Positions 36,801 through 48,036 of a stretch of 64,000 nucleotides of DNA are shown here, piece by piece (position 1 is the stretch's first letter; each line of letters starts with the position of its first letter). Source of the stretch: Azolla caroliniana (lineage: Eukaryota; Plantae; Polypodiophyta); the NCBI GenBank assembly GCA_043228905.1, contig JBHGNT010000017.1, forward strand, positions 8,246,001-8,310,000, in the 5' to 3' direction. The position numbers were made by a program, and so were the translations under genes. The notes beneath the pieces were generated by a model, which saw nothing but the letters and a program-made list of their open reading frames with translations, had not been told where the DNA came from and made no database searches.

Positions 36801-39800
36801 GAACAATCACAACTTTCTTTAGCCCCATCACTCCTACTAATTCTACAAGTCCATCACGGGATACACAAATGGGCTCCAGACCAGGACATAACAAAGGGGT
36901 TAGAATTGATCGGGCAATGACAATTTGCCGTGCACGTAGGCCCCGCGCCCATGGACCATGACCTCGACACCGTTGTCATCGATAGATAAAAGCCATTATC
37001 TCCCGCCATCGTAGGTGCTTCCCTCGCTTCGGAGACATTTCCATTTGGATCGACCTATGCTAGAGATCTTTCGAAGACAAAAGCTACAATATACCTAACT
37101 TGAGAATCTCACATGTGCCAAAAATCAGATTCCCTCGTTTCTTCTCTTTTCATCTTATTTACTTTTATATTTACCAAGTAGTATTTATTTTATTTTGATT
37201 TGTTCTCAAAGACGAGACAACACTCAAGATGTAATATCTTATTTGGTCTTATAGGCCATTTTGGCCTTTTAAAAGACATTAATATATCATTTTTCTTTCT
37301 TTCTTTCTCATGCACCTCTCATTTCTTTTACGAAAAAAGAAAATATTGAAAATTGAAAAGTATGTGTGAAGTTCTTTAAACACAGAATTTGCTCATATTA
37401 AAAATTTAGAGGACATTCGAGCAAAACATTTAAGGGTTTCTCAATAATGGTAACATGCTATCTAGGTATATGCCGATTGTCATGCATATCTTCATATTGG
37501 TCTTTGAACAATGGGTGCATAATTAATGTGTAATGCTTAATGACTACGTTTGCCCTCAGAGGTTGACACACCAAGGGGTTTTGAAACTCAGACTTCAAAA
37601 CAAGAAAGGACTCAGGCATGGAGGTTACACTAACCGTGGAGATTTTGGTCTGAAAATTTGTAAAGATTGAAGCCTACAATTAGTAAAAGTAAGAAGATTC
37701 AAAACCTCTGCCACCTCCCAATGGTTCTTGGTTGGACATGAGTATATTGATGGCGCCTACTGCAATGCAACGTTAAGTCTATTGCCCACCATGGCATACA
37801 TTGAGCACCCGAAAACAGTTTTAAAAGTATGAAACATTAAGCATGCGTTTCTTAGCAACAATCCTCCTTTCTCAATATGTGGTACATCAACAATTGTGTA
37901 CCAAGAGGTTTGCCCCTCCAGCACTTTGGAGATACCGCGAAATAACTTAGTCTTTTGATTTTGCCTTTGTGCGATCTGCTTGTATAGAAACTTTTGGTGC
38001 CCCCAAATCCTTCATGCCAAAGTTCTGACACATCATCTCTTTAGAGCCAACTTGCCATCTTTTGATTTTTCTACAAGCATCATATCCTCGACATACATGT
38101 AGCATGATGACATACTGTTCTGCGTGGAAAGCAGTTGCATATTCCATTTGTGAAATACATCAGGCTGTTTGATCCTCTGGATGTTGTGAAATTAAAATCT
38201 GGGGAAAATTTAGCACATGCAATGAATGTTAGCGCTATAAGGGGAAAACTAAGATATATTTTCTATTCCATTTGTGATTTTATGGTAATATAATTAAGGG
38301 AAAAGTACCATGATACCCTTGGAAGTTCGTCTATTTACCAGAATGCCCTTGGAAGTTCCAAATTTACCAAACTACCCCTATGTCCAAAAAATTACACTTT
38401 ATGAAGTAATTATACACTCAAATCTTTGGTAAATAGGGCTAGTTCGGGTCCATTTCTTCCATCTTTGGTAAATAGGGCTTGTAGATTTGAGTGTATAATT
38501 ACTCTATAAAGTGTAATTTTTTGGACATAGGGGTAGTTTGGTAAATTTGGAACTTCCAGGGGCATTCTGGTAAATAGACAAACTTCCAGGGCTATCCTGG
38601 TACTTTTCCCTATAATTAACTACCTTGTATGATATGTTAGAAGATGCATAATACCAAAGTGTGTGCATGACTGATGCTAATTTTGTTTGTACAGTGGAGT
38701 GTGGCAAACATTATCTCCCTGGGAGATATTTGCTGTTGGTTATGGGGTAAGAATTTCCTCATTTTGATGAAATGTGGATCTCTATTTATAATGTAACTTG
38801 TGGTAGAATGCTACTGTGTGTGAAACTCTTAAATTGGGCAAAGATAATAAAGTGTGCATGTTGCATTTCTACTCCTTGTTTGAGTCTACTTCAAATTAAG
38901 TCAATTTCTATTTCTATTTCTTTTCAGCTAATATGCAGATTTATTGCTCTTTGCTGTGTTTTTTTCCCTATTCCCTGATCTATTAATAGACCTAAGTTCA
39001 GTGGGATGCAATATAGTTTTCACCTTGAAATGCAATAATAAAATACTAACACTGGTGAGATTTATAGCTCGGTGTCTCCATGTGTTTTTCTTATTTTACT
39101 AATCAAAAGTCAAGGATCACTATTGTTCTGGAGTTCAGATAGTCAAGATTTAATTGTTGTCATTATTCTGAATACTGAACTAATTACCAGTTTGTGCAAT
39201 CTGATAAACTCTATGGTTAAGACCAATAGGAGTTTAGAGCTCATCCTTGATGTGCCAGTCAAAAACCCTACAATTCAGGAATCTTGAATCAGAAAACTCT
39301 AATTTTTGAGGCAGTAAAAGCTCTAATATTTTTCCGCTGTGAGAAATCCTAAATGTATCTTCAATTGGAATTTAGCACCAATTTACTAATCTACAAAACA
39401 GAACATTTCATAAGAAGAAACATAAGTTTCCTGCGGCTAGTTACACCCACCCAACCCAAGGCTGACCATGACACAAAAAATTCAAAGATTTGCACCATGT
39501 ACTCATGAATAACTTGACTTTATCTGGGTCTTGTTTAACCCCAGAGGCTGAAAGGAGGGTGGAAATGGCCCCGATCACGTGCACTATCAGCTTTATCCAA
39601 TACATGGTCTTGGATAAAGATTTGCTGTTTACTGCTTACGGAAACATCCGATGATCACACCCCACCCCTGCCACGGGATATTTTTCAGAACTTCAATGAC
39701 AATGAAATCATAGATTTTACTTAAGACTGTCTTGTAGTGCTGTCTTTGTAAATTAGATGTCCACTATAAGTGCTGAGAAGGCTTTCACATTACATTTTTT

Positions 39801-42800
39801 TAGGTTTTTGCACTAACTTTTCCTTTGTTTTTAGTTTGTTTACTTGATGTAATGCTCAACCTTTTGATTCCATACACACACACACTCTTTATTTGCATAA
39901 TTTACAATGTGACGCATGTCAAAACTGTCATACCTGTCCGCATACATGTCAATCTGAGCCTGGGATTCAGTTTCATGTACAACTGCTTGTTTCATGCACC
40001 CAAACTGGTCCATAAAGCTTATTTTGAGAAACCATAGGAAACTCAGTTAAGGCAATTACTAATTCGAGGAATGCTGTATTATTGTAACTTGTGCAGTTCA
40101 GTTGCATTACACATGCTCGGTTGGGTGATAGTATTGATGGAGATGATGATTGCATGGATGAAAAATAAAGGCCATGATTGTGGATATGAGGATATTTTTG
40201 CTAGAATGTCATATGGTCTTAGAGAACCTGGCTATTTCACACAATTTGTGAAAATAGTGTGCTTCCAAAGTTCTAGAGATAGAATTCATAGGAAATAAAA
40301 GATCTTTACATAAGCAGTGATTTGGATGGACATCGGATATAGGATACACACTGTTATATAAGAAAAGGTTACAATGAGAATAAGGGAGGTTTAATGTAAC
40401 TTTAGTGGAAGGGTTCTTCTTTGAGTTTGCAATCTCTCAAATTTCAGTTTTTTAGTAAAACTCTTATATGAAGCAGTAAGACCTATCTTGAGTCCCTGTA
40501 TTTTATGTCTTTCCCTCTATTATTTGGGTACTGTTTTAAGGTTTTTTTTGTTCAACTAATTACTGCAATAGAAAGTTCTCTAGAAAGAAAGAAATATATA
40601 TTAAATCTAAGATTTTAAAGTGGCCTATAAGACCAAACAAGAGATTAGACCTTAAAAAGGTGGTTGTGTCTTAGAGAACAACAAAACCAAATAAATGAAT
40701 TAAAAAGTAAATAATAATAGAAGTCACAAAAGAATCCCATTATCAATATTTATAAGATTCTCAAGTCAGATAGATCATAAATTTTGACTTTGAAATATCT
40801 CTAGCATAGATCAATCCAGAATGGATAGATCTCTGAAGTGAGGGAAGCATCTGTGATGGCAGGAGATATCGCCTTTATATGTCAATGACAAAGGTGCTGA
40901 GATTGTGATCCAGGAGGTCAGGCCCTACGTGCATGACATTGTTATTGACAGATCTATTTAACCTGTTTGTAATGTCCTGGTCGGCAGCTTCTTGTATAAC
41001 CCTTCGTTGACTTGTAGCATGAGTCAGAGTGACATCGCTAAAGGAAGTTGTGATATGTTCTTTATTGAAGAGCTTTTGTGGTTGTATTGTTGTGTTTCAA
41101 CAATGTCTTTATAAAGGTGTTTATGTTCTGCTTTTCGTTAGTCCAAGTGATGAGTGAAATTCTTCTCCCTCTGTCTCTTAAGTTCCAGCAAGAGCAGTTC
41201 CAAATGCCAACAGTTCTACCAACTTCTACCTTATTTGGTAGGCCAAACCTTGGTTAAAGAGGCAATGTTATCTTCCCCATTATTTCATGAAACGTAGTAC
41301 AGTGGCAAACATAGTTTTCTTTGGATTCCACTCCATGATAAAACAAAACAACTGGCAAATTCTTTCTTCCAGGGGTGTGCAATTCTTTTATCTTCTAACA
41401 TAATGTTCTGTTGGACATCCACATTTACGATTATCCACTCACAAACATAGCAATGCTTAACACCAGCATTCATTAATTTTGCCTTCAAGCCTGTTTAATA
41501 TGCCTCTTTAATATAGAGAGGTTTGTATTTTGGTAGAAGGGATATATGGATGATATTGGAATTGTTTATGGTGAAGGTTTTGAACTTTATGTGGCTCAAA
41601 TTTCTCTTAATTTGGCGTTTCTTCAGATTTTGGGCATTGGTATGTCCTCTCTCTCTCTCATTATTATGAAGATTTTCAATAAAATTATGTAAGTCATGTT
41701 GACATATAGACAATTCCAGGTTGGTGGCATTGAAGTTATAGAGAACATGCCACATTGCATCAATAATTGCTATGATCTTGAGGGCTTTTGGAAGAGCTGG
41801 CATGCTTCCTACAACCGTTGGCTTGTTCGGTATGTATCCTGTTTCTGTGTATGTATATCATTGAAGAGAAGAAAAATCAGATGACAACACAACACATCCA
41901 TAAATTCAACACTGTTAAAAATGTCATTAAAATATTCTAGATGGGATTGCATTAGCCTTCTATCTCTGTCTCATTTACACTTTCTCCTCTTTCTTCCATT
42001 GTTTAACGGCAAGTCCTGCCCCCTAAACACCACATCCATACAAGACCACTGATTGTACTAAAGCTTCATTTCAAAATTCTAGATTTCAACTTTTGCACTT
42101 TCATTGCATGGTGTATAAAGCTTGAAGTCCACCATGAGCTCTTTGTTCCACAACCTCATTTCATAAGGTAGGAGTTTAAAATGAAATGATACGCTAACAT
42201 CTTCAGACAGCTAGAATGGCCTACGAGACCAAAGTTACATACATGTGAAGTTTAGAAATCTGAAAACATAAAGCAAAAAATAAATTGTGTAAAGTAATTT
42301 TCTTCCTTATGTAACTGGGTTGTGACCACACTACAATGATATGGGAACCATGGTTACAAGTAATGTGGAGGATGCAATGTACAAAACAATTAAATAGATA
42401 TCTCGCAGAAGTACAATGTGAGCCAATCAGCTTGCAGTGAATGTGTGGGTGTGGTGTTCCACCTTGGGCAATGATATTATGTATCCTCTGATGCAGACTA
42501 AGCTTTCTATGTGATAATTCACATATCCTCCAGCACATGAAATGAACCAAACAAACTACTTAGTCAAGAAATATACCTTTACAGGATCCTGGTCATGCTT
42601 TCCCTGAAGTATCTTGGCACAGCCTTCTAAAGAAGCCCTAACATCTGCCTTTGTCAGGTCCTGCTGGCAGTCTACTCAGGAAATTCTCTACATATAGATA
42701 TCTCTAGTAGAAACAGCCCCAAACATCTCTGATCATAGAAGTCCATGACTCGGGAGAATGGTCCAAATCCCTCCCTAAACAGCCAGTTAAAGCATCCTCG

Positions 42801-45800
42801 GATCTTGTAGTAAACTGTGCAGCAGCACACGTAGTGGTGGTCATGCTCTGGCAGGAGAGAGAGAGAGCACTGCATCACCATTCGTTTTGTTCATGTTCCC
42901 AGGCTCACCTCTTCCACCATGGCTTTATGGTCTTGTTGCTGCTCAGTTGTGCTGTCACTGTTGCTGCTGGCCCCTGTCCCTCAACACCTCCTGCATCTGC
43001 TTCTGCCTCTGGCTACTGACATTTCTGATATTGTCAACAGCCACAAAATTGTGAAGGATTATCAGTTTTAATGCAAGCCTTAGGGCCTCTCTTTGTTTCA
43101 CACCAGCAATGATTAAATTCTGCTGATGCTGTGGTTTACTAGCACGGATGATTTACATAGTTTCATGTGATAAGAGGGCCCTCATGGTTGATGATGCAGT
43201 CATACATGTAACCGACGTACATTATGGGGGGACATACATTGCATGAGCTTACATCAGAGTCTGTCTACCATGTGGCTATTTCTTGACTTGGTAGTTTCAA
43301 CTATGACAGTAATTTTCTTGATATAGATTCTCCTAAAATACCTGCTTCTGGTTTACATTTAGACTTAATAATCTTGTTGTGATAGGTATCTATATATTCC
43401 CCTTGGAGGAGCTCATTGGAGATTTTTGAATATTTGGATTGTCTTCACATTTGTGGCAATATGGCATGATCTCGAATGGTAAGCATGCCTGTTTTTTTTA
43501 TAAGGATTGTAAGAAGATTTTTTTATAGATTGCTAGATACTTGTCCGATGTATTTCAAAATTATTTATGGGTGTGTGCTGTCGGGTACAGTGCATTTAGA
43601 AGGAGAAATCTTGAGTATGTTTTAGACAATTGTGCAAATATACGAGTCTAGTGTCTATTTTAAGCGGTTGTACTTCGTCGTTCATGCCTTCTGTGACATT
43701 CAACTACATGATTCGTGTGCAGTGTAATGGAAGTACAGGAATGACAAGTTGCTTTGCATCTTATATATATAGATACTATTTCCATTTCATTTTGATTATC
43801 CCCTCTTTGTCAAAATAGAGCCAGCTGCTAGTCCGTAGCACATCACCTGATCCAAGAGAGCAATTGAGAAGGGACAAGGTAAACACCTAGTACTATGACA
43901 AACCAAAAGTTATTCTCAAACTGGCTGAAGAAAAGCGAATTTGTAGAAGAGATGTTTCAGCCAGTGATGAAAACAGGATCAAATTTGAAAATGTGATGTG
44001 ATTGAAATAGAGCCAGCTGGTTGTGTACAGCACATCACCTGATCGAAGAGAGCAATTAAGAAGGGACAAGGTAAACACGTAATACCATGACAAACCAAAA
44101 GTTATTCTCAAACTGGCTGAAGAAAATCGAATTTGTAGAAGAGATGTTTCAGCCAGTAATGAAAACAGGATCAAATTTGAAAATGTGATGTGATTGAAAT
44201 AGAGCCAGCTGGTAGTGTACAGCACATCATCTGATCCAAGACAGTGGGAGAAGGTAAACACATAATGCTTTGACAAACCAAAAGGAGATTCCAAAACGGA
44301 CTGAAGAAGAGATGTTTCAGCCAGTGATGAAAACAGGATCAAATTTGAAAATGTGATGTGATTGAAATAGAACCAGCTGGTAGTGTACAGCACATCATAA
44401 GATCCAAGACAATGGGAGAAGGTGAACACGTAATGCTCTGACAAACCAAAAGGAGCTTCCAAAACGGGCTGAAGAAAAGTGAGTTTGTAGAAGACATTTT
44501 CCAGCCAATGATGAGAACAGAATCATTATTGAATCTGTGATGTGATGATTGAAATAGAGCCAATTGCTAGTGCGTAGCATACTACCTGTCTGAGACAACC
44601 ATACTGAAGGGAGACTGAAGGGAGAAGGTAAAAATGTAATACTATGACAAATCAAAAGAGTTTCCCAAAAACGGCTGAAGAAAAGTGAGTTTGTCGAAAA
44701 GATGTTCCAGTCAGTGATGAGAACAGGATCAAAATTAAGAATGTGATATACTGATTGAATTAATGTCTGAGTTACTCTCCGACGAGTGGTTTAGGGTTTA
44801 GGGTTTAGTTTAAAACTCTTGCAAGGCATCCAGAAAGGAAGAGAAGACTTAGAAGGTTATTTAGACTGCATTAATGAACCTTTTTTCCTTTTATTGGCTG
44901 AAGAGTTTTTGAAGATGCCAAAGCTACAAGTTGACAAAGTGGCCTGACATCCCATACAATCAACTGTCATTTTTTACAGTGGAACCTCTCTGACTAATGC
45001 GTGTAGCTTTGGCATCTTCAAAAACTCTTCAGCCAATAAAAGGAAAAAAGGTTCATTAATGCATTCTAAATAGCCTTCTAAGTCTTCTCTTCCTTTCTGG
45101 ATGCCTTGCAAGAGTTTTAAACTAAACCCTAAACCCTAAACCACTCGTCGGAGAGTAACTCAGACATTAATTCAATCATCAACTGTCATTTTTTACAGTG
45201 GAACCTCTCTGACTAATGCTTGTAGCTCTTCCTGGGCTGCTGCACATAGCCACAATTAGGTGCCCTATGAGAGAATGTAAGAATACCAATACAGAAATTT
45301 CTCACTGCAGATCAGAGGCCGTTTTGTGTCGAGTAATATTAATCTGAATTTTTAGAGAATTTAGTTGATTTTTTCAGGAAGCTTTTATCTTGGGCATGGG
45401 CCACTTGTCTTTTAATGGCTCCAGAAATCTTAGTGAAGTCATCCATGCGAACATCTATGGTAAGTTCATCCTGAATACCTGCTATATAAAGATGAAATTT
45501 GTTCGCCTCAAACATTATTATGTGTATTTGCAGATGAAACCACTACGTGAATCATTTATATACCGTGAGCTTTGTGCTGTTGGTGGTGCTTTTAATATAA
45601 CTGGTCTAATGGTACATTCCATATCCCATGTATGTTGTTTATTCGAGGTAATGGACATTAACGTTGGAGGCGTTAACGATTCTTTGGATTGTTTACCACA
45701 ATGCAGACAGCCAATCTGATTGGTTTTGTAGTAGGCCCTGAGCGAATGCATTGGCTTCTACAAACAATGGTTGAACCGAGTAGTAGGTTTACTGAACTTT

Positions 45801-47380
45801 ATGTTCATGTCTTTCCATGTGTGACATGTGTATGTTTAGATATGCATCTGGTCTCAATGGCTGTGAAGATTTAAAACTAATGGACAGATTACTCTAAATG
45901 TTACTATGGGAGTACTAATGGCTAAACATTTGTTTGTTTATGTGAATCTTTATGTACAGACATTCATATATTGAAACAGTGAAAATTTCGTTGTACATCA
46001 GTAATACCATAATTGGGTAGAAAATGTGCATGCATTAACCAAAAGAGGCTAGGTCGGTGAAATGAAAGAGCTTTCCTATTGGATTGCAGGACAAGTTCCG
46101 TGCTCTATGTTTCTACCTTTTTGTTGCCTGACCTAAGAGATCAATTCATAGAGTAACTCTTTTTGTCTACCACCCTGATTGTCTTTCACCTAACCAAGGC
46201 AAGTCAGAAGCAACTCAACCACTAATGTTGTGAATAAAAGGTCATCAGGGAGAGGATATGGAATGCCATGACATGGCTTTAGGAGGAAGATATGAGTAAA
46301 AACTAGTACTGAAAATATCCTTCTCCAGTCATGCAATGCCATTACTACATTTGTATATCTGGAATGACACACTCAATTTTATATAACATGGTTTCATTCC
46401 ATCACAGGCATCAGAGTTGGAAGGACCAAGAAAGCTGTATTTGAACTTCTGGAAAGATACCCCTAGTAAAAGCAAATACAATCTTGCATCCTCTTCTAGC
46501 TGGGGACTTGTAGAATCACTAATCTGACAATTCCATATAGGTGGATAAAAAAATGTTGACTTACAAGAGATAGTGGCAAGAGGGCGATAATGTGTCCATG
46601 AAAAAACCACAGAATAAGCTTCACTGTGGGGGCATATGATAACTAGAAATATTGCTGATTAAGCTTTGGCACCTCTACCATAGTGCATTACAATTAAGCT
46701 TCCTTATAGCATCTTAGGTGCGTCAGTATAAATTATATGCGAAATTGTGTAACACCTGATAATCAACTTGTAAATGTCAAAGCTAAACAGAGGCCCAGTA
46801 TCTAGGAGACCCATGCATGCAAGAAAGAAGACAGCCTAGCCTACTCACGGAATAGAAACAAAATAAGCCTTAGGGTTGACCTCAGAAAAAATAAACAAGG
46901 GAAAAAAAAAGAAAAATATATTAAGGTCAAGAGAAAAAAGTTCCCAACAAATGCTCCTTTCAAAACTTTCTTCAAGGTATTGTTCTCTTGAGAGAATTCA
47001 TATGCAAGATCTTTAACTTAGTCATTCACCATTTGAACTTCAATATTATTAATATAGAAGACTGAAATCAAAATTTGTGACAAACATCCATTTGTGTTAA
47101 TATCTGCCCTTTATGCTTTGTTTCATGAGTAACATTCTCTGTGCTATACTGCTGAAATTTGAATTATTGACATTGGTGGATTCAAATTTGCAGATCTTGG
47201 AACCACAGCTGGCATCTTGTGCTCATTTTATGTTGGGACAAAGGTACAGCTATTTTAACTCATGACAAACAGGTTGTGGCTATTCATCATTGACTCTAAA
47301 TATTTTAATATTTGCTGTAGCTTATGTTTTGCATACAAGAGTACAAAGCTCATTGTGATGCTGTGAAACAAGCTGACTGA
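27669..47380 (+). CDS. GUP1: Membrane-bound O-acyltransferase, GUP1/HHAT-like; 19 exons, 1644 nt, ~547 aa
   Basis: Exons join in frame with consistent phases. Motifs [86 protein letters not shown] (catalytic His). Resembles Arabidopsis At1g57600 (from memory). Confidence 0.92.
29359..29429 (+). CDS. GUP1: MBOAT exon 2
   Basis: ttttacag|..[23 protein letters not shown]|gtaact. Confidence 0.8.
30483..30664 (+). CDS. GUP1: MBOAT exon 3
   Basis: [15 protein letters not shown]...YLHGA; AG/GT boundaries. Confidence 0.92.
31833..31881 (+). CDS. GUP1: MBOAT exon 4
   Basis: [16 protein letters not shown]|gtgagt. Confidence 0.88.
31977..32080 (+). CDS. GUP1: MBOAT exon 5
   Basis: [16 protein letters not shown]...[13 protein letters not shown]. 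Confidence 0.9.
32590..33280. repeat. Degenerate ~220-240-bp tandem repeat x3 (intron 5)
   Basis: CTTTTGTGGGTAGAGTTTT, GCCAACA, ATGAAGCC and GGGCATTCAAG motifs recur near 32600, 32815 and 33055. Confidence 0.7.
33643..33707 (+). CDS. GUP1: MBOAT exon 6
   Basis: [21 protein letters not shown]. Confidence 0.9.
34329..34480 (-). mobile_element. LINE 3'-tail fragment (same family as 35416-37308)
   Basis: (GAAA)n plus GGCCTATAAGACCAAA, the reverse complement of the LINE tail. Confidence 0.7.
34688..34764 (+). CDS. GUP1: MBOAT exon 7
   Basis: [25 protein letters not shown]; GC donor GAG|GCATGC. Confidence 0.8.
34843..34902 (+). CDS. GUP1: MBOAT exon 8
   Basis: [20 protein letters not shown]. 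Confidence 0.87.
35006..35119 (+). CDS. GUP1: MBOAT exon 9
   Basis: EKHLP...[25 protein letters not shown]. Confidence 0.92.
35193..35317 (+). CDS. GUP1: MBOAT exon 10
   Basis: LESPQ...YGLRW...[14 protein letters not shown]. Confidence 0.92.
35416..37308 (+). mobile_element. 5'-truncated non-LTR retrotransposon (RTEX-like LINE) in intron 10
   Basis: [51 protein letters not shown]-terminal CQLC..E..YVCHC; (TTTC)n tail. Confidence 0.88.
38298..38610. mobile_element. Mutator-like MITE (313 bp)
   Basis: ~130-bp TIRs starting GGGAAAAGTACCA; perfect 9-bp TSD TATAATTAA at 38289-38297 and 38611-38619. Confidence 0.92.
38695..38746 (+). CDS. GUP1: MBOAT exon 11
   Basis: [17 protein letters not shown]|gtaaga. 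Confidence 0.9.
40582..41390 (-). mobile_element. Diverged antisense LINE copy (3' part) in intron 11
   Basis: Reverse-complement similarity to 36560-37308 (tail, CTCTAGCATAG, GGATTCCACTCC, TGGCAAATTC). Confidence 0.8.
41577..41639 (+). CDS. GUP1: MBOAT exon 12
   Basis: [21 protein letters not shown]. Confidence 0.9.
41720..41829 (+). CDS. GUP1: MBOAT exon 13
   Basis: [37 protein letters not shown]. Confidence 0.93.
42670..42865 (-). mobile_element. Related LINE ORF2 C-terminal fragment
   Basis: [14 protein letters not shown]...LFREGFGP...[11 protein letters not shown] matches the 36572 ORF. Confidence 0.75.
43386..43478 (+). CDS. GUP1: MBOAT exon 14
   Basis: YLYIPLGG...[13 protein letters not shown]. 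Confidence 0.93.
43813..44760. repeat. ~170-190-bp tandem array, 5 units (intron 14)
   Basis: AAATAGAGCCAGCTG-type starts at 43813, 44005, 44197, 44365 and 44552. Confidence 0.92.
44752..45178. repeat. 177-bp near-perfect inverted repeat with 73-bp spacer
   Basis: 44752-44928 is the reverse complement of 45002-45178 (about 2 mismatches). Confidence 0.95.
45378..45459 (+). CDS. GUP1: MBOAT exon 15
   Basis: [21 protein letters not shown]... Confidence 0.9.
45534..45611 (+). CDS. GUP1: MBOAT exon 16
   Basis: [26 protein letters not shown]. Confidence 0.9.
45707..45782 (+). CDS. GUP1: MBOAT exon 17
   Basis: [25 protein letters not shown]. Confidence 0.88.
47194..47243 (+). CDS. GUP1: MBOAT exon 18
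   Basis: [16 protein letters not shown]. Confidence 0.88.
47321..47380 (+). CDS. GUP1: MBOAT exon 19 (stop)
   Basis: [19 protein letters not shown]. Confidence 0.88.
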   Translation, partial: LMFCIQEYKAHCDAVKQAD

Positions 47381-47806
47381 AGGTGCTGTTTTAAATGCTA
47401 AGCCTTGCATTTTAATGCATTTCTCAGAGGAAGAACCGGAAATAATTTATTCTTGTTCTTGTTCTAATGGATAATTCATGGATTCTTTATTGCTTCTTCG
47501 AGCTGATCAAGAGGCAAATAATGACAGACTCTATTAGAAATGTGGCTATCCTTCCTCATCAAAAGAACACTATAATATCTAGTGGGGGAGGTCTTCTCAA
47601 CTGATCAAGGGCATAGGTAAACCATCATGAAGTACGATACCAAAATATAAATGACATCTTGTTCATAAAGCTTTTAATATCCAATTCTAGTCACCAAGTG
47701 ATTGTCAATGTGCTAACCAATTTTTCTTGACATAGATGAGCATTTTACTTCGAGTGCTGCATTTTAAGACGAGGGTATGGAAACTCGAGATGGCCTTTCG
47801 CTAGTA

Positions 47807-48036
47807 CCTTTAAATGAATCCTAGAAGCTCAGGTAAAGCTGTTGTAGTGGTGGCAGTAAAAGATATAAGGTTCATACTAAGAGAGATTAAGCTGTTGCCC
47901 TCTAAACAGAATGATATTAACCTTTAAGTGAATCCTAGAAGCTCAGTTAAAGCTGTTGTAGTTGTGAGAGTAAAAGATTCAAGGTTCATACTAAGAGATA
48001 TTTAGCTGTTGCCCTCTAAACAGAACGATATTAACT
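47807..48036. repeat. 114-bp tandem duplication downstream of the gene
   Basis: CCTTTAARTGAATCCTAGAAGCTCAG...GATATTAA twice. Confidence 0.85.

Noticed and set aside
43963-44042. Box C (GTGATGA) / box D (CTGA)-like pairs in the tandem units, suggesting an intronic snoRNA cluster
   Set aside because: Boxes are not kept in all units, there is no convincing terminal stem, and I could not identify a guide of 10 nt or more to rRNA. snoscan/Infernal would settle it.
43893-44462. 189-aa antisense ORF in intron 14
   Set aside because: Arises from tandem units with lengths divisible by 3; no recognisable domain.
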